Assembly: GCA_016783555.1 (NCBI GenBank)
Contig: JADHWH010000001.1
Location: 16,913-80,912 of the forward strand
Length of the DNA: 64,000 nucleotides
From: Candidatus Omnitrophota bacterium
GTDB lineage: Bacteria; Omnitrophota; Gorgyraeia; JABMRJ01
Direction: 5' to 3'
A program made the translations under genes and the position numbers. The notes under the pieces were generated by a model. That model saw nothing but the letters and a program-made list of their open reading frames with translations, searched no databases and had not been told where the DNA came from. Positions 49,601-58,025 of this stretch are shown here, piece by piece. Position 1 is the stretch's first letter. Every line of letters starts with the position of its first letter.

Positions 49601-51414
49601 ATAATGCCGGTCAGGTCCCCCGAGATGGTGCCTTTAAGATAGACCTTTCCTTCTTCTTCTTTATCGAACGATACGCCATGCCACTCTCCGGTATAGTAGC
49701 TGCCATCGATAGTGGCTGACCAGTCGCCCTTGAAGAAACCTTCGTCTTCAAAGGGGCCGGAGCTTATGTGGACCGCTTCGACATTGGTAAGCTCGATATC
49801 CGCCTCTAAGTCTCCGGTAACTGACGTAGTGGTCATAGTCATATGCTGACTGACGACAACCTCGAATGTCGTCTGGGCATTCGAGGTTGTCTCCTCCAGG
49901 GCAGGAGGCGGCGGCTGAAAGTAAAGCCAGAACGGCTGCATCAGCGGGTATTGGTCGTTATCCGACTCTAAATTATAAGGGGTATCCCCTATCCCGTCGT
50001 TATCGGTGTCGACGCCCCAGTAATCACTCCAGCGATTACCAAGATAATTGGTATATTCGGTTTCGTTATATACGTAATCAACCGGCTCCGGAGAATTCCA
50101 GAGGTTGCCGGTGTTGTCAAAAGAATAGCCGTTTCCGTAGGCAAGGTTGTCTACAAAATCATTGAGGTATATTCTGTTATTGTCGCTGGAATAAATAAGA
50201 TAAATCCCCCAGCCGTTTAATACCACTGTATTCTCGGTAATGGTATTGCTGCCGGCGCTGTGGAGGCTTATACCCTTGCTGCTATTAGTAATGCTATTAT
50301 CAACAAGGGTGTTTCCGTTAGAAGAACGCAGACCGATCCCAAAATGGTTGTTCGAATTCGTGGCATTGCCTTCCAGCATATTGTTGTGGGAACTCACATT
50401 GAGGTATATTCCGTAGAAGTTTGAGTTCGCGTAATTATCGCTCAAAGTGTTATTGGAGGAACTGATGAGATAGAACCCCCACATATTTGAGGTGGCGTTA
50501 CTATCGGTAACTACGTTATTATTGGAATTGTAGAGATAAACCCCCCTGATGCTATTCGAAACAAAGACATTTTCTATCCGCGAATTGTGGGTGCTCCTGA
50601 AGAAGATGCCATAAAATTTATTGCTTATGGCCAAGTCTCGCACGGTGATGTCGTCACAAGAGATAAAGTACAACAGACCGGGGTCGATTGAGGCGCCGTA
50701 AGTTTGGCCGGTTGCGCCTACTATGTAATACATGGGTTTGCCGCCGACTAAGTTAGACGTGTCTATATCATGATGGTAGTAGTAATCCCCCCCGGAGCCG
50801 ATAAGATAAAAATCATACCTGTTGGCTGACATGGTATTATTGGTAAAAGTATTGTTGCCGCAGTTTTCCATGTAGATACCATAGTTGCCGTTCGAATTGC
50901 AGGTATTGCCGGAGAGGATGTTGTCGTTGCTGTTTTGGGTGAGGTCGATTCCGTTGCCCGTATTGGAGTTTAGGGTATTGTTGGTGAGGGTATTACTTGG
51001 AGAGCGGTAAAGCTGAATTCCGTCATTATTTGAGCTGACATTATTCCCCTCTAAGATACAGCTGTTACAATCCTGAAGAGAAATCCCATTGGAGAATTGC
51101 GTCACATTTAGATTCTTGATGGTAACGCCGGTCTTCATCCATAGGTATACGCCGTTTCCCGAGCCGGTTCCGGTTATGGTATGCCCGTTGCCCTCTAAGG
51201 TCACGTTGTCGGTATCTATCTGGACACCCTGGTCGAGATCCGCAGTTAAAGTGGCTATTCTTGTATCCGGGTCCCAGGTGCCGATCGCCGGGTCACTCCA
51301 CCCCACATCGGTCAAATGGTAAGCGCCTTGCCCTTCCGCCTCTTCTATATTAACCAGAATAAGACATAAAATTAAGGGGATAAAACGAGTGATTGATTTT
51401 TGTAGTGTAGACAT
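46660..51414 (-). CDS. Large secreted surface protein: NosD/CASH right-handed beta-helix, DUF11 and Ig-like domains
   Basis: Signal peptide; many GI.L..S.NN.L..N repeats; GN.WSDY.G.D.D.DGIGDTPY; TYIIEYRNDG and YTIDYENEG DUF11-like domains; DTIAPVT / DKTPP linkers. Confidence 0.8.
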   Translation of the reverse strand: MSTLQKSITRFIPLILCLILVNIEEAEGQGAYHLTDVGWSDPAIGTWDPDTRIATLTADLDQGVQIDTDNVTLEGNGHTITGTGSGNGVYLWMKTGVTIKNLNVTQFSNGISLQDCNSCILEGNNVSSNNDGIQLYRSPSNTLTNNTLNSNTGNGIDLTQNSNDNILSGNTCNSNGNYGIYMENCGNNTFTNNTMSANRYDFYLIGSGGDYYYHHDIDTSNLVGGKPMYYIVGATGQTYGASIDPGLLYFISCDDITVRDLAISNKFYGIFFRSTHNSRIENVFVSNSIRGVYLYNSNNNVVTDSNATSNMWGFYLISSSNNTLSDNYANSNFYGIYLNVSSHNNMLEGNATNSNNHFGIGLRSSNGNTLVDNSITNSSKGISLHSAGSNTITENTVVLNGWGIYLIYSSDNNRIYLNDFVDNLAYGNGYSFDNTGNLWNSPEPVDYVYNETEYTNYLGNRWSDYWGVDTDNDGIGDTPYNLESDNDQYPLMQPFWLYFQPPPPALEETTSNAQTTFEVVVSQHMTMTTTSVTGDLEADIELTNVEAVHISSGPFEDEGFFKGDWSATIDGSYYTGEWHGVSFDKEEEGKVYLKGTISGDLTGIMDGYAGESVPGNGIYDHFQFTWTLNMNGAEPACIKLVIDGTVELYDITEYPSEKLYLLQSALEGNARGDYEGSLNIVLTHIRIDNEANPYYGEGFSIISYTSRNGAGSGWSYDVVNEPGRVEQRGMFTEPLLGTIYGILDETVQPRRLQLEIKMIWSELPAAPILNLELWGPQRISPGETVTYIIEYRNDGSADAPDVAVIMQLSPFVNFVSGSSGVQYIEETAEVAWNLGDLPAGTVDHLAVQVEVMWGLPGHMKLHNYANIESFQWHSDTMGEVRNGVRLPPNEYVTKLIYDYGIIFEESATYKSWRSVGSKYDAGWKPILNTGGDPIGLTDAMHAALASPIFGDGNGNPVPTEYNDQDEVREILNYIICYSGGNPVTDGRLKRGKDMLGTTEGEEFTLYKVSPILFDFRTLLPIYKEKGVKKVVLYQSKYDDLLDGFSGTISYKKQFGGDWKLDLEIQEEEIKAPLLDEIGAKLSGVSDAIHMLEESLGKEVEYFAINATSNPNNEYGPDLLVFQVAGEEYPRSFFLQGNPMTGALFKEEDFADIEGIEVEIRNRSEYKITHGGWQNWMLLEDIFTGTVPQGPGALLGSFAGIGTSEIVTARDPNEKFVLPEGKVDPGYRLNYTIDYENEGEGTAYGVYITDTLEADLDDLTLFINNDGIYDPQTRAISWFIGEVGPGQTGSVTFGVNVKGDIEDYSEVINYATVHFPSAGEATRTNATVNIISFAPTDTIAPVTMAWTTPPANGAGWNNTDVNVNLSAVDDAGGSGVMELYYKLSGASMAEELVFGQTAQVILSAEGATTFTYLAVDNAANAETPKSLEVKIDKTPPAISLSLDAIERKHRRCCHHHLFRLTCNAEDDLSGVKKLKVSLVTPDITGYRIKLKKGKFPNITINQRKRSLTIKGPDAEDILNQLKKGLLLVDNDQTLRLRRRPKCGKRWSIKKKKHYLVIKAPSIDFKAEAADSADNVSQEQLHYRKL

Positions 51415-51454
51415 TTTTTATAACCTTTTTTAAAATAGTTTAAAATAGGGACAT

Positions 51455-52150
51455 TTAAAATAGGGACAGACACCATTTATACTTCTTCTTCGGTCTGCCT
51501 TTTGGTTTTAATCTTAAAAATCTATTAAGCTTCCTTTCAAGTTTTTCTATGAAATCACTGCTGCCCAGCGGTCTTCCCTTTCTGGTGCTTTCTCTTATTT
51601 GTTTTATCTCATCGGGATTATCCGATAATTCTATGAATTTCTTCCAGTCTTTTTGGTTGTATTCGATATAGTCAAAAAGCTTATTTACTCCCAACTCATC
51701 ATATTTGTTTACTTCACAGTGTACTTTTGCGCTCGAAGACTCCCACAGACACGGATTGTTGACCATTCTTGCCCGCACGGGGTTCCTTTCTATGTAACGT
51801 ACACATGCTATGGTGTGTTGTTCATCTATTATGCATGAAAAGAATCTTCCTTGGAATAAATGGCCGCTTACGTGCATCTTCTTGTTATAATACTGCGAAT
51901 ATTTCATATTTACATATTTAAATACCTTCCCCATAGAATCTTCTTTCTGGGGAATTCCGATAAGATGTACGTGGTTTGGCATGAGGCAGTAAGCTACTAC
52001 TGTTAAGTAGTACCGTTTAGCCTCGTCTCTTAGAAGCGCTATATACTTCTTATAATCAGCGTCACTAGAAAATATCTTCTGCCTGTAATTTCCACGTTGA
52101 GTTATATGGTGCGGGTATTCTGCTGCAACGACTCTGGCAATTCGTGGCAT
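51455..52150 (-). CDS. Y1 HUH transposase (RAYT / IS200-like)
   Basis: MPRIAR, HHITQRGN, YCLMPNHVHL (HUH), GHLFQGRF, RYIERNPVRA, WESSSA. Confidence 0.9.
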   Translation of the reverse strand: MPRIARVVAAEYPHHITQRGNYRQKIFSSDADYKKYIALLRDEAKRYYLTVVAYCLMPNHVHLIGIPQKEDSMGKVFKYVNMKYSQYYNKKMHVSGHLFQGRFFSCIIDEQHTIACVRYIERNPVRARMVNNPCLWESSSAKVHCEVNKYDELGVNKLFDYIEYNQKDWKKFIELSDNPDEIKQIRESTRKGRPLGSSDFIEKLERKLNRFLRLKPKGRPKKKYKWCLSLF

Positions 52151-52156
52151 GCATCA

Positions 52157-52185
52157 ATTATATTATCTTGGGGAAATGGTGTCAA
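52157..52185 (-). promoter_or_regulatory. Perfect-consensus sigma70 promoter of the Y1 transposase (leaderless)
   Basis: TTGACA (52185-52180), 17 nt, TATAAT (52162-52157), 6 nt before ATG 52150. Confidence 0.75.
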
Positions 52186-52318
52186 GAAAATAGGTGTCTG
52201 TCCAAAAATGCGCTCGAAATGAACGCGGTCATTTAAAGCGCCTCACGTGCAAGGTCGTCTTTACTTATAGAACTGGTCTGTTACGGTAAACTTATATTAA
52301 CCGAATGGGAGGGTCTCT

Positions 52319-53836
52319 CTATATTTGGAATAAGTTCTTGCTGGAGAAATTCGGATCGCTGGTAAGGTTAACCCCTAACCTCCTTAAACCAGTTTCATCG
52401 CCGGGGGCAGGGATATGGGTCATATGTACCTCGCAACTCTGTAATCCTTTTAGCTTCTCCATCGCCAATCGAGCGGTCGGGTTTGTCGCTGCGCTTATAC
52501 TAAGGGCGATAAATGTCTCTTCTAAATCGAGACTTACCGTCTTTCCCGACAATATATCCTCTTTAAGATTAGCGATCGACTCTATAATATTAGGCGATAA
52601 TAGATGTATCCTATCAGGGATCTCCGCTAATTTCTTAATCGCATTTAAGATGAGGCTCGATGCGGCATGCATCAATGGGGAGTTCTTTCCGGTAACTATT
52701 GAACCGTCCTTTAACTCAATAGCTGCTCCGCAATAAATACCCTCATTGCCCTTTTCTTCCGCTTCCGCTTCCTCTGCCGTCTCTCTCGCCGGTTTAATCA
52801 CTCTTCTCTGTTCTTGATTTACATTAAGACCTTCCATAAGAAGTTCTACCCTCTCGACTGTCTCCTTATCCACAAAACCCATGGCATACTCACAGGAGTA
52901 TCTAAAGAACCTCCTTATAATTTCCTGTTTTGCCGCTTCTCTTACAGCTTTGTCATTAACGATTCCAAAACCGGCCTTATTTACACCCATATCTGTCGGA
53001 GATTTATATATAGACTCGGCTCCCGTTATCTTCTCCAATATTCTCTTTAGCACAGGAAATATCTCTACGTCGCGATTATAATTTATCGCTTCTTTCTTGT
53101 AAGTCTCTAAATGGAACGGATCGACAAGGTTAAAATCCCTAAGGTCGGCTGTGGCTGCTTCATAAGCCACATTTGCCGGATGCTTAAGAGGTATATTCCA
53201 AATAGGAAAGGTCTCAAATTTAGCGTATCCGCTCTTTTGCCCTTTTCTATAATCATGATATAGTTGAGAAAGGCAGGTAGCTAATTTACCGCTGCCCGGG
53301 CCGGGGCCTGTAACTATAACCAAAGGATTTTTGGTCTCTATATATTCATTTGCGCCATAACCTTCATCGCTTACGATTACATCTATATCTGTAGGATATC
53401 CTTTTGTAAAACGGTGCGTATATACCTTTATTCCTCGACGCTCTAATTTATTCTTAAATATATTGGCAGCGGGCTGGTCATGAAAACGCGTTATGACTAC
53501 CGCGGCTATATCGAGGTCCCAGCTTCTTAAGTCATCTATGAGCTTCAGCGCATCCACATCATAGGTGATTCCGAAATCCGCCCTGATCTTCTTTCTCTCG
53601 ATATCGCCGGCGTAGATGCAGAGTACGATATCGGCCTTGTCTTTCAATTTTTGGAGCAGCCTCATCTTGACATTAGGGTCGAAGCCGGGCAGTACGCGAG
53701 AGGCGTGATAATCAAAGATAATCTTACCCCCGAATTCCAGATATAGTTTATTATTAAACCTCTTTACCCTTTTTAAGATCGCGGCGGACTGTTCTTTTAA
53801 ATATCTCTCATTATCAAAACCTATTTTTTGCTCCAT
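52319..53836 (-). CDS. DUF1846 (UPF0371) family protein
   Basis: [55 protein letters not shown]. Confidence 0.9.
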   Translation of the reverse strand: MEQKIGFDNERYLKEQSAAILKRVKRFNNKLYLEFGGKIIFDYHASRVLPGFDPNVKMRLLQKLKDKADIVLCIYAGDIERKKIRADFGITYDVDALKLIDDLRSWDLDIAAVVITRFHDQPAANIFKNKLERRGIKVYTHRFTKGYPTDIDVIVSDEGYGANEYIETKNPLVIVTGPGPGSGKLATCLSQLYHDYRKGQKSGYAKFETFPIWNIPLKHPANVAYEAATADLRDFNLVDPFHLETYKKEAINYNRDVEIFPVLKRILEKITGAESIYKSPTDMGVNKAGFGIVNDKAVREAAKQEIIRRFFRYSCEYAMGFVDKETVERVELLMEGLNVNQEQRRVIKPARETAEEAEAEEKGNEGIYCGAAIELKDGSIVTGKNSPLMHAASSLILNAIKKLAEIPDRIHLLSPNIIESIANLKEDILSGKTVSLDLEETFIALSISAATNPTARLAMEKLKGLQSCEVHMTHIPAPGDETGLRRLGVNLTSDPNFSSKNLFQI

Positions 53837-53893
53837 ATAACACCTTCTTTATCTCTGCAATGCTGCGCGCGAAAAGAGCCGAGCGAAGCAGAA

Positions 53894-56800
53894 CTACCTG
53901 TCCTTATAATAATCCTGCAGCGGCTTGGGTATAATCTTTGATTTCTTTATGGCCAGTATGCCTTTTGCGCTGGCCTCCGCGGCTGCCATGGACGTAAGAT
54001 AAGGGACCTTATGCTGTATAGCCTTCATCCTGATGTAGCTGTCGTCATATTTACTGCTCCTGCCTATCGGCGTATTGACAATAAGGTTTATCTCCTTATT
54101 TTTAATGGCGTCTTCGATATTCGGCCTGCCCTCATGAAGCTTATTTATCCGTCTATTCTCGATACCATTTTCTCTTAAAAAACGCGATGTATTTTCGGTG
54201 GCCAAAATCTTCAGGCCCACCTTTTGAAGGTCTCTGGCTATAGGCACTAAATCCTCTTTGTCCTTATCCGCTACGGTTAATAGGACATTCCCCTCTATGG
54301 GTAATTTTGTCCCTGCCGCCTCCTGCGCCTTGTAAAAAGCGAGATCGAATGTATCGGCGATGCCCATAACCTCGCCGGTGGCTCTCATCTCAGGTCCTAA
54401 AAGCGGGTCTACCTCCGGAAACATATTAAATGGAAAGACCGCTTCTTTAACGCCGACGTAGGGCAATTTGTACTTCTTAAGCTCCGGGAAATCTTTTAAT
54501 CTCTTGCCCAGCATTATTTGAGTCGCTATGCGCGCTATAGGAATACCTGTGATTTTAGAGACAAGCGGAACCGTGCGTGAAGCCCTGGGGTTGGCCTCGA
54601 GTATATAGACCTTGTCATTGCAGATAGCGTATTGGATATTCATAAGCCCTATAACCTTTAGCTCTTCGGCAATCTTAGCGGTATATTCCTCAATCGTTCT
54701 TAAATGCTTCTCCTCGATAGTCCTGGCAGGGATAGCGCATGCGGAGTCCCCCGAATGGACGCCCGCCAGCTCTATATGCTCCATAATGGCCGCTACGAAG
54801 GTATTATCTCCGTCGGAAAGGGCATCCACTTCTATCTCAGTAGCGTCTTCAAGGAATCTATCGATAAGCATCGGGTGTTCCGGGCTTACATCAATAGCCT
54901 CTTTGGCATATTTTAAAAGCATAGTCTCGTCGTAAATAATCTCCATACCGCGGCCGCCCAAGACATACGATGGACGCACCATGAGTGGAAAGTCGATCCT
55001 CCGGGCTATCTCGAGCGCCTCGTCTAAGGAGCGCGCCGTGCCGCTTTCTGCCTGGGGGATCTTAAGCCTTATCATCTTCTCGCGGAAACGCTCTCTATCT
55101 TCAGCCAGATGGATGCTCTCAGGGCTCGTCCCCAAAATATTAACGCCGTTTTGTTTTAACTCCTGGGCAATATTAAGCGGGGTCTGTCCGCCGAATTGGA
55201 CGATAACGCCCTCGGGCTTTTCTTTCTCATAAATAGTCAGGACATCTTCAACCGTAAGCGGTTCAAAGTATAGTTTATTTGAGGTATCGTAATCCGTAGA
55301 TACCGTCTCGGGATTACAGTTAACCATAATCGACTCAAGGCCTTCATCGCGCAGGGCAAAGGCGGCATGGACGCAGGTATAATCAAATTCAATCCCCTGC
55401 CCTATGCGGTTCGGGCCGCCGCCCAGGATCATCACCTTCTTATTCGGCGATACAGGGACGGAATCTTCGGCGATATAGGTAGAATAATAATACGCCGCGT
55501 CTTTGACGCCGCTTACCGGGACGGTCTCAAATCTCCCGCGCTTTCCTATTGATATCCTTTTGGTCCTTACGTCTTTCTCTTTTAAATTAAATAGGCCCGC
55601 GAGATAGCGGTCCGAAAAGCCCCATTCCTTCGCCTTGGCCAGTTTCTCATCGGGAAGCTTCTTCCAAGTATATGTAAGGAGTTCCTCTTCATATTCCACG
55701 AGCTCCTTCATCTCGTTTATAAAGTAGCGGCCGATATGCGTCAATTTGTAAAGGTCCTCAATCGCTGCGCCTTTTCGAAGCGCCTCATACATCAAAAAGA
55801 TACGTTCACTTGAAGGAGCGGCCAATCTCTCCATCAACCTGTCAAGCGAAAGCGTCTTAAAATCCTTCGCCCCGCCTAAGCCGTATCGCTTTATCTCAAG
55901 AGAGCGGATGGCTTTCTGAAAGGCCTCCTTAAACGTCTTTCCTATGCTCATCACCTCGCCTACCGCCTTCATCTGGGTCCCGATAATATCCTTGGCCTTG
56001 GGAAACTTTTCAAATGCCCATCGCGCGAATTTAATAACTACATAATCGCCCCACGGCTCATACTTCTCAAGAGTCCCCTTTCTCCAATAGGGTATCTCAT
56101 CCATTGTTATCCCCACGGCGAGCTTGGTTGAGATACGGGCGATGGGAAATCCCGTCGCCTTAGACGCCAATGCCGATGAACGCGATGTCCTGGGGTTTAT
56201 CTCAATTACTACCAATCTATCATCTTTTAGATTATGGGCGAATTGGATATTGGTCCCGCCCAAAACGCCTATGGCGTCTACGATCTTATAAGAAAGCTCC
56301 TGCATCCGTTTCTGCAAGGGCTTTGGAACGGTAAGCATGGGCGCTGTGCAGAAACTGTCCCCTGTATGAACACCCATGGCATCTACATTCTCAATAAAAC
56401 AGACCGTGATCTTCTGGTCCTTCTGATCCCTAACGACCTCCAGCTCCAGCTCTTCCCAGCCGATAACAGCTTCTTCCACTAAGACCTGGTGCACCAGGCT
56501 GGCAGCCAGACCGCGGCCCACAATCGTCCTTAATTCATCTATGTTATAAGCGATCCCCCCGCCTGTCCCACCTAATGTATAGGCCGGCCTTAAGACCACG
56601 GGGTATCCGAGTTTCTCCACTATTCTTTCGGCCTCTTCCACGGAATGGCACGGCGAGGATTTAGGCATTTCAATCTTCAGTCTATTCATTGTCTCTTTGA
56701 AGGCTATGCGGTCTTCGCCGCGCTCGATGGCATCGGCTTTAACACCGATAATCTCAACATCGTATTTTTTCAATATACCCTTCTTAAAAAGGCTGGATGC

Positions 56801-57094
56801 GAGATTAAGGCCTGTCTGCCCCCCTAAGTTCGGCAGAAGTGCGTCGGGTCTCTCTTTCTCGATAATCTTCTCCACGCTCTCCACAGTAAGCGGTTCAAGG
56901 TATGTCCTGTCGGCCGTGCCCGGATCGGTCATAATCGTCGCCGGATTGGAATTGACCAGCACAACCTCATACCCTTCTTCCCTGAGCGCCTTACAGGCTT
57001 GAGTTCCCGAATAATCAAACTCGCAGGCCTGGCCGATAATAATAGGGCCTGAACCTATGATTAAGATCTTATGTATATCTTCTCTCTTCGGCAT
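53894..57094 (-). CDS. carB: Carbamoyl-phosphate synthase large subunit
   Basis: MPKREDI, GSGPIIIGQACEFDYSG, duplicated ATP-grasp, MGS domain. Confidence 0.98.
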   Translation of the reverse strand: MPKREDIHKILIIGSGPIIIGQACEFDYSGTQACKALREEGYEVVLVNSNPATIMTDPGTADRTYLEPLTVESVEKIIEKERPDALLPNLGGQTGLNLASSLFKKGILKKYDVEIIGVKADAIERGEDRIAFKETMNRLKIEMPKSSPCHSVEEAERIVEKLGYPVVLRPAYTLGGTGGGIAYNIDELRTIVGRGLAASLVHQVLVEEAVIGWEELELEVVRDQKDQKITVCFIENVDAMGVHTGDSFCTAPMLTVPKPLQKRMQELSYKIVDAIGVLGGTNIQFAHNLKDDRLVVIEINPRTSRSSALASKATGFPIARISTKLAVGITMDEIPYWRKGTLEKYEPWGDYVVIKFARWAFEKFPKAKDIIGTQMKAVGEVMSIGKTFKEAFQKAIRSLEIKRYGLGGAKDFKTLSLDRLMERLAAPSSERIFLMYEALRKGAAIEDLYKLTHIGRYFINEMKELVEYEEELLTYTWKKLPDEKLAKAKEWGFSDRYLAGLFNLKEKDVRTKRISIGKRGRFETVPVSGVKDAAYYYSTYIAEDSVPVSPNKKVMILGGGPNRIGQGIEFDYTCVHAAFALRDEGLESIMVNCNPETVSTDYDTSNKLYFEPLTVEDVLTIYEKEKPEGVIVQFGGQTPLNIAQELKQNGVNILGTSPESIHLAEDRERFREKMIRLKIPQAESGTARSLDEALEIARRIDFPLMVRPSYVLGGRGMEIIYDETMLLKYAKEAIDVSPEHPMLIDRFLEDATEIEVDALSDGDNTFVAAIMEHIELAGVHSGDSACAIPARTIEEKHLRTIEEYTAKIAEELKVIGLMNIQYAICNDKVYILEANPRASRTVPLVSKITGIPIARIATQIMLGKRLKDFPELKKYKLPYVGVKEAVFPFNMFPEVDPLLGPEMRATGEVMGIADTFDLAFYKAQEAAGTKLPIEGNVLLTVADKDKEDLVPIARDLQKVGLKILATENTSRFLRENGIENRRINKLHEGRPNIEDAIKNKEINLIVNTPIGRSSKYDDSYIRMKAIQHKVPYLTSMAAAEASAKGILAIKKSKIIPKPLQDYYKDR

Positions 57095-57127
57095 TGTTTA
57101 TCCTTTCAACTTTACATCTTTTTTTAT

Positions 57128-57244
57128 AAAAAAAGAGACGTCCCCTCCACCAATTTTCGGTCTTGAGAACGTCTTTGTCCTAAACATCGCTAACATTGCG
57201 TTTCTGTTTAAGTCAATTTTATATAATTCTGCATAATATGTCAA
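57128..57244 (-). promoter_or_regulatory. carB leader: sigma70 promoter, dual ANTAR hairpins and overlapping intrinsic terminator
   Basis: TTGACA-17-TAAAAT (57244-57216); P1 CGC-AAUGUUA-GCG (57200-57188); P2 GGAC-AAAGAC-GUUC (57180-57167); terminator AGACGUUCUC/GGGGACGUCU plus U7 ending 57128. Confidence 0.75.
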
Positions 57245-57300
57245 GAAAAAAATTCGTTAAAATTCAACACCGGTTTAATCCTGATAATTTTGGTTTTCAC

Positions 57301-58017
57301 TTAACTCTTCAAATCATGAGTCAATATTATTGCCTCCGCCACCTCGCGCATGGTCTTACGCGCGTTCATGGCGTACTTCCGGATCTTAAGATACGCTTCC
57401 TCTTCGCTGAGGTTCTTATTCTTCATCAGGATGCCCTTGGCGCGTTCGATCTTCTTCCGCGCCTCCAGCTCCTCCCGGATCACTCTGCTCTTTACCATAA
57501 GCTCTGTATTCTCTATGGCGACGGCCGCCTGGTTTGCTATAGAGGTAAGTATATCTTTTTCGGTCTCCGTAAAGAGATGCGTCTTAGGCGTATAGCAGTT
57601 TAAGGCTCCTATTACCTTTCCTTTTACGCTCATCGGAATGCATAGAAGAGACTTTAAACCCTCCTTCTTTGCTATATTCTGATACTTGTACTCTCTCTCT
57701 TTTGTAATATCCTTTACCGCCATGGGTCTATTCTCTCTGGCGACTTTCCCCGCGATACCCTCGCCTATCTTCAAAGGAAGCTTCTTATTATACTCCTCGC
57801 TGACGCTCTGCGTGGCGCGAATTACAAGCTCCTTCTTCTTTTCATCGATAAGCATCAACGAACATATATTGGAACCCATAACCTGGGCGGTAACCGCTAC
57901 TACGAGACGCAGGATATCTTCCAGATATAAGTCCGAGGCTATGGCCTTGCTTATTTCAGAAAGGGCCTTTATCTGCTCTCCATGATGGGGCTTACCTACA
58001 CTCTTTCTCTTCTTCAT
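57301..58017 (-). CDS. GAF-ANTAR RNA-binding antiterminator
   Basis: GAF (GEGIAG.V, SLLCIPM, ANQAAVAIEN) plus ANTAR (LEARKKIERAKGILM...EEEAY..IR..AM...M.EVAE). Confidence 0.92.
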   Translation of the reverse strand: MKKRKSVGKPHHGEQIKALSEISKAIASDLYLEDILRLVVAVTAQVMGSNICSLMLIDEKKKELVIRATQSVSEEYNKKLPLKIGEGIAGKVARENRPMAVKDITKEREYKYQNIAKKEGLKSLLCIPMSVKGKVIGALNCYTPKTHLFTETEKDILTSIANQAAVAIENTELMVKSRVIREELEARKKIERAKGILMKNKNLSEEEAYLKIRKYAMNARKTMREVAEAIILTHDLKS

Positions 58018-58025
58018 ACTTTTTT

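Larger units (their letters stand above)
51441..52203. mobile_element. Repeat-bounded RAYT unit
   Basis: GGACAGACACC (51464-51474) and GGTGTCTGTCC (52193-52203) inverted; TAAAATAGGGACA duplicated at 51441 and 51456. Confidence 0.55.

Noticed and set aside
52209-52302. Weak hairpins between the transposase and DUF1846
   Set aside because: Imperfect, single-copy and without a clear U-tract or family match
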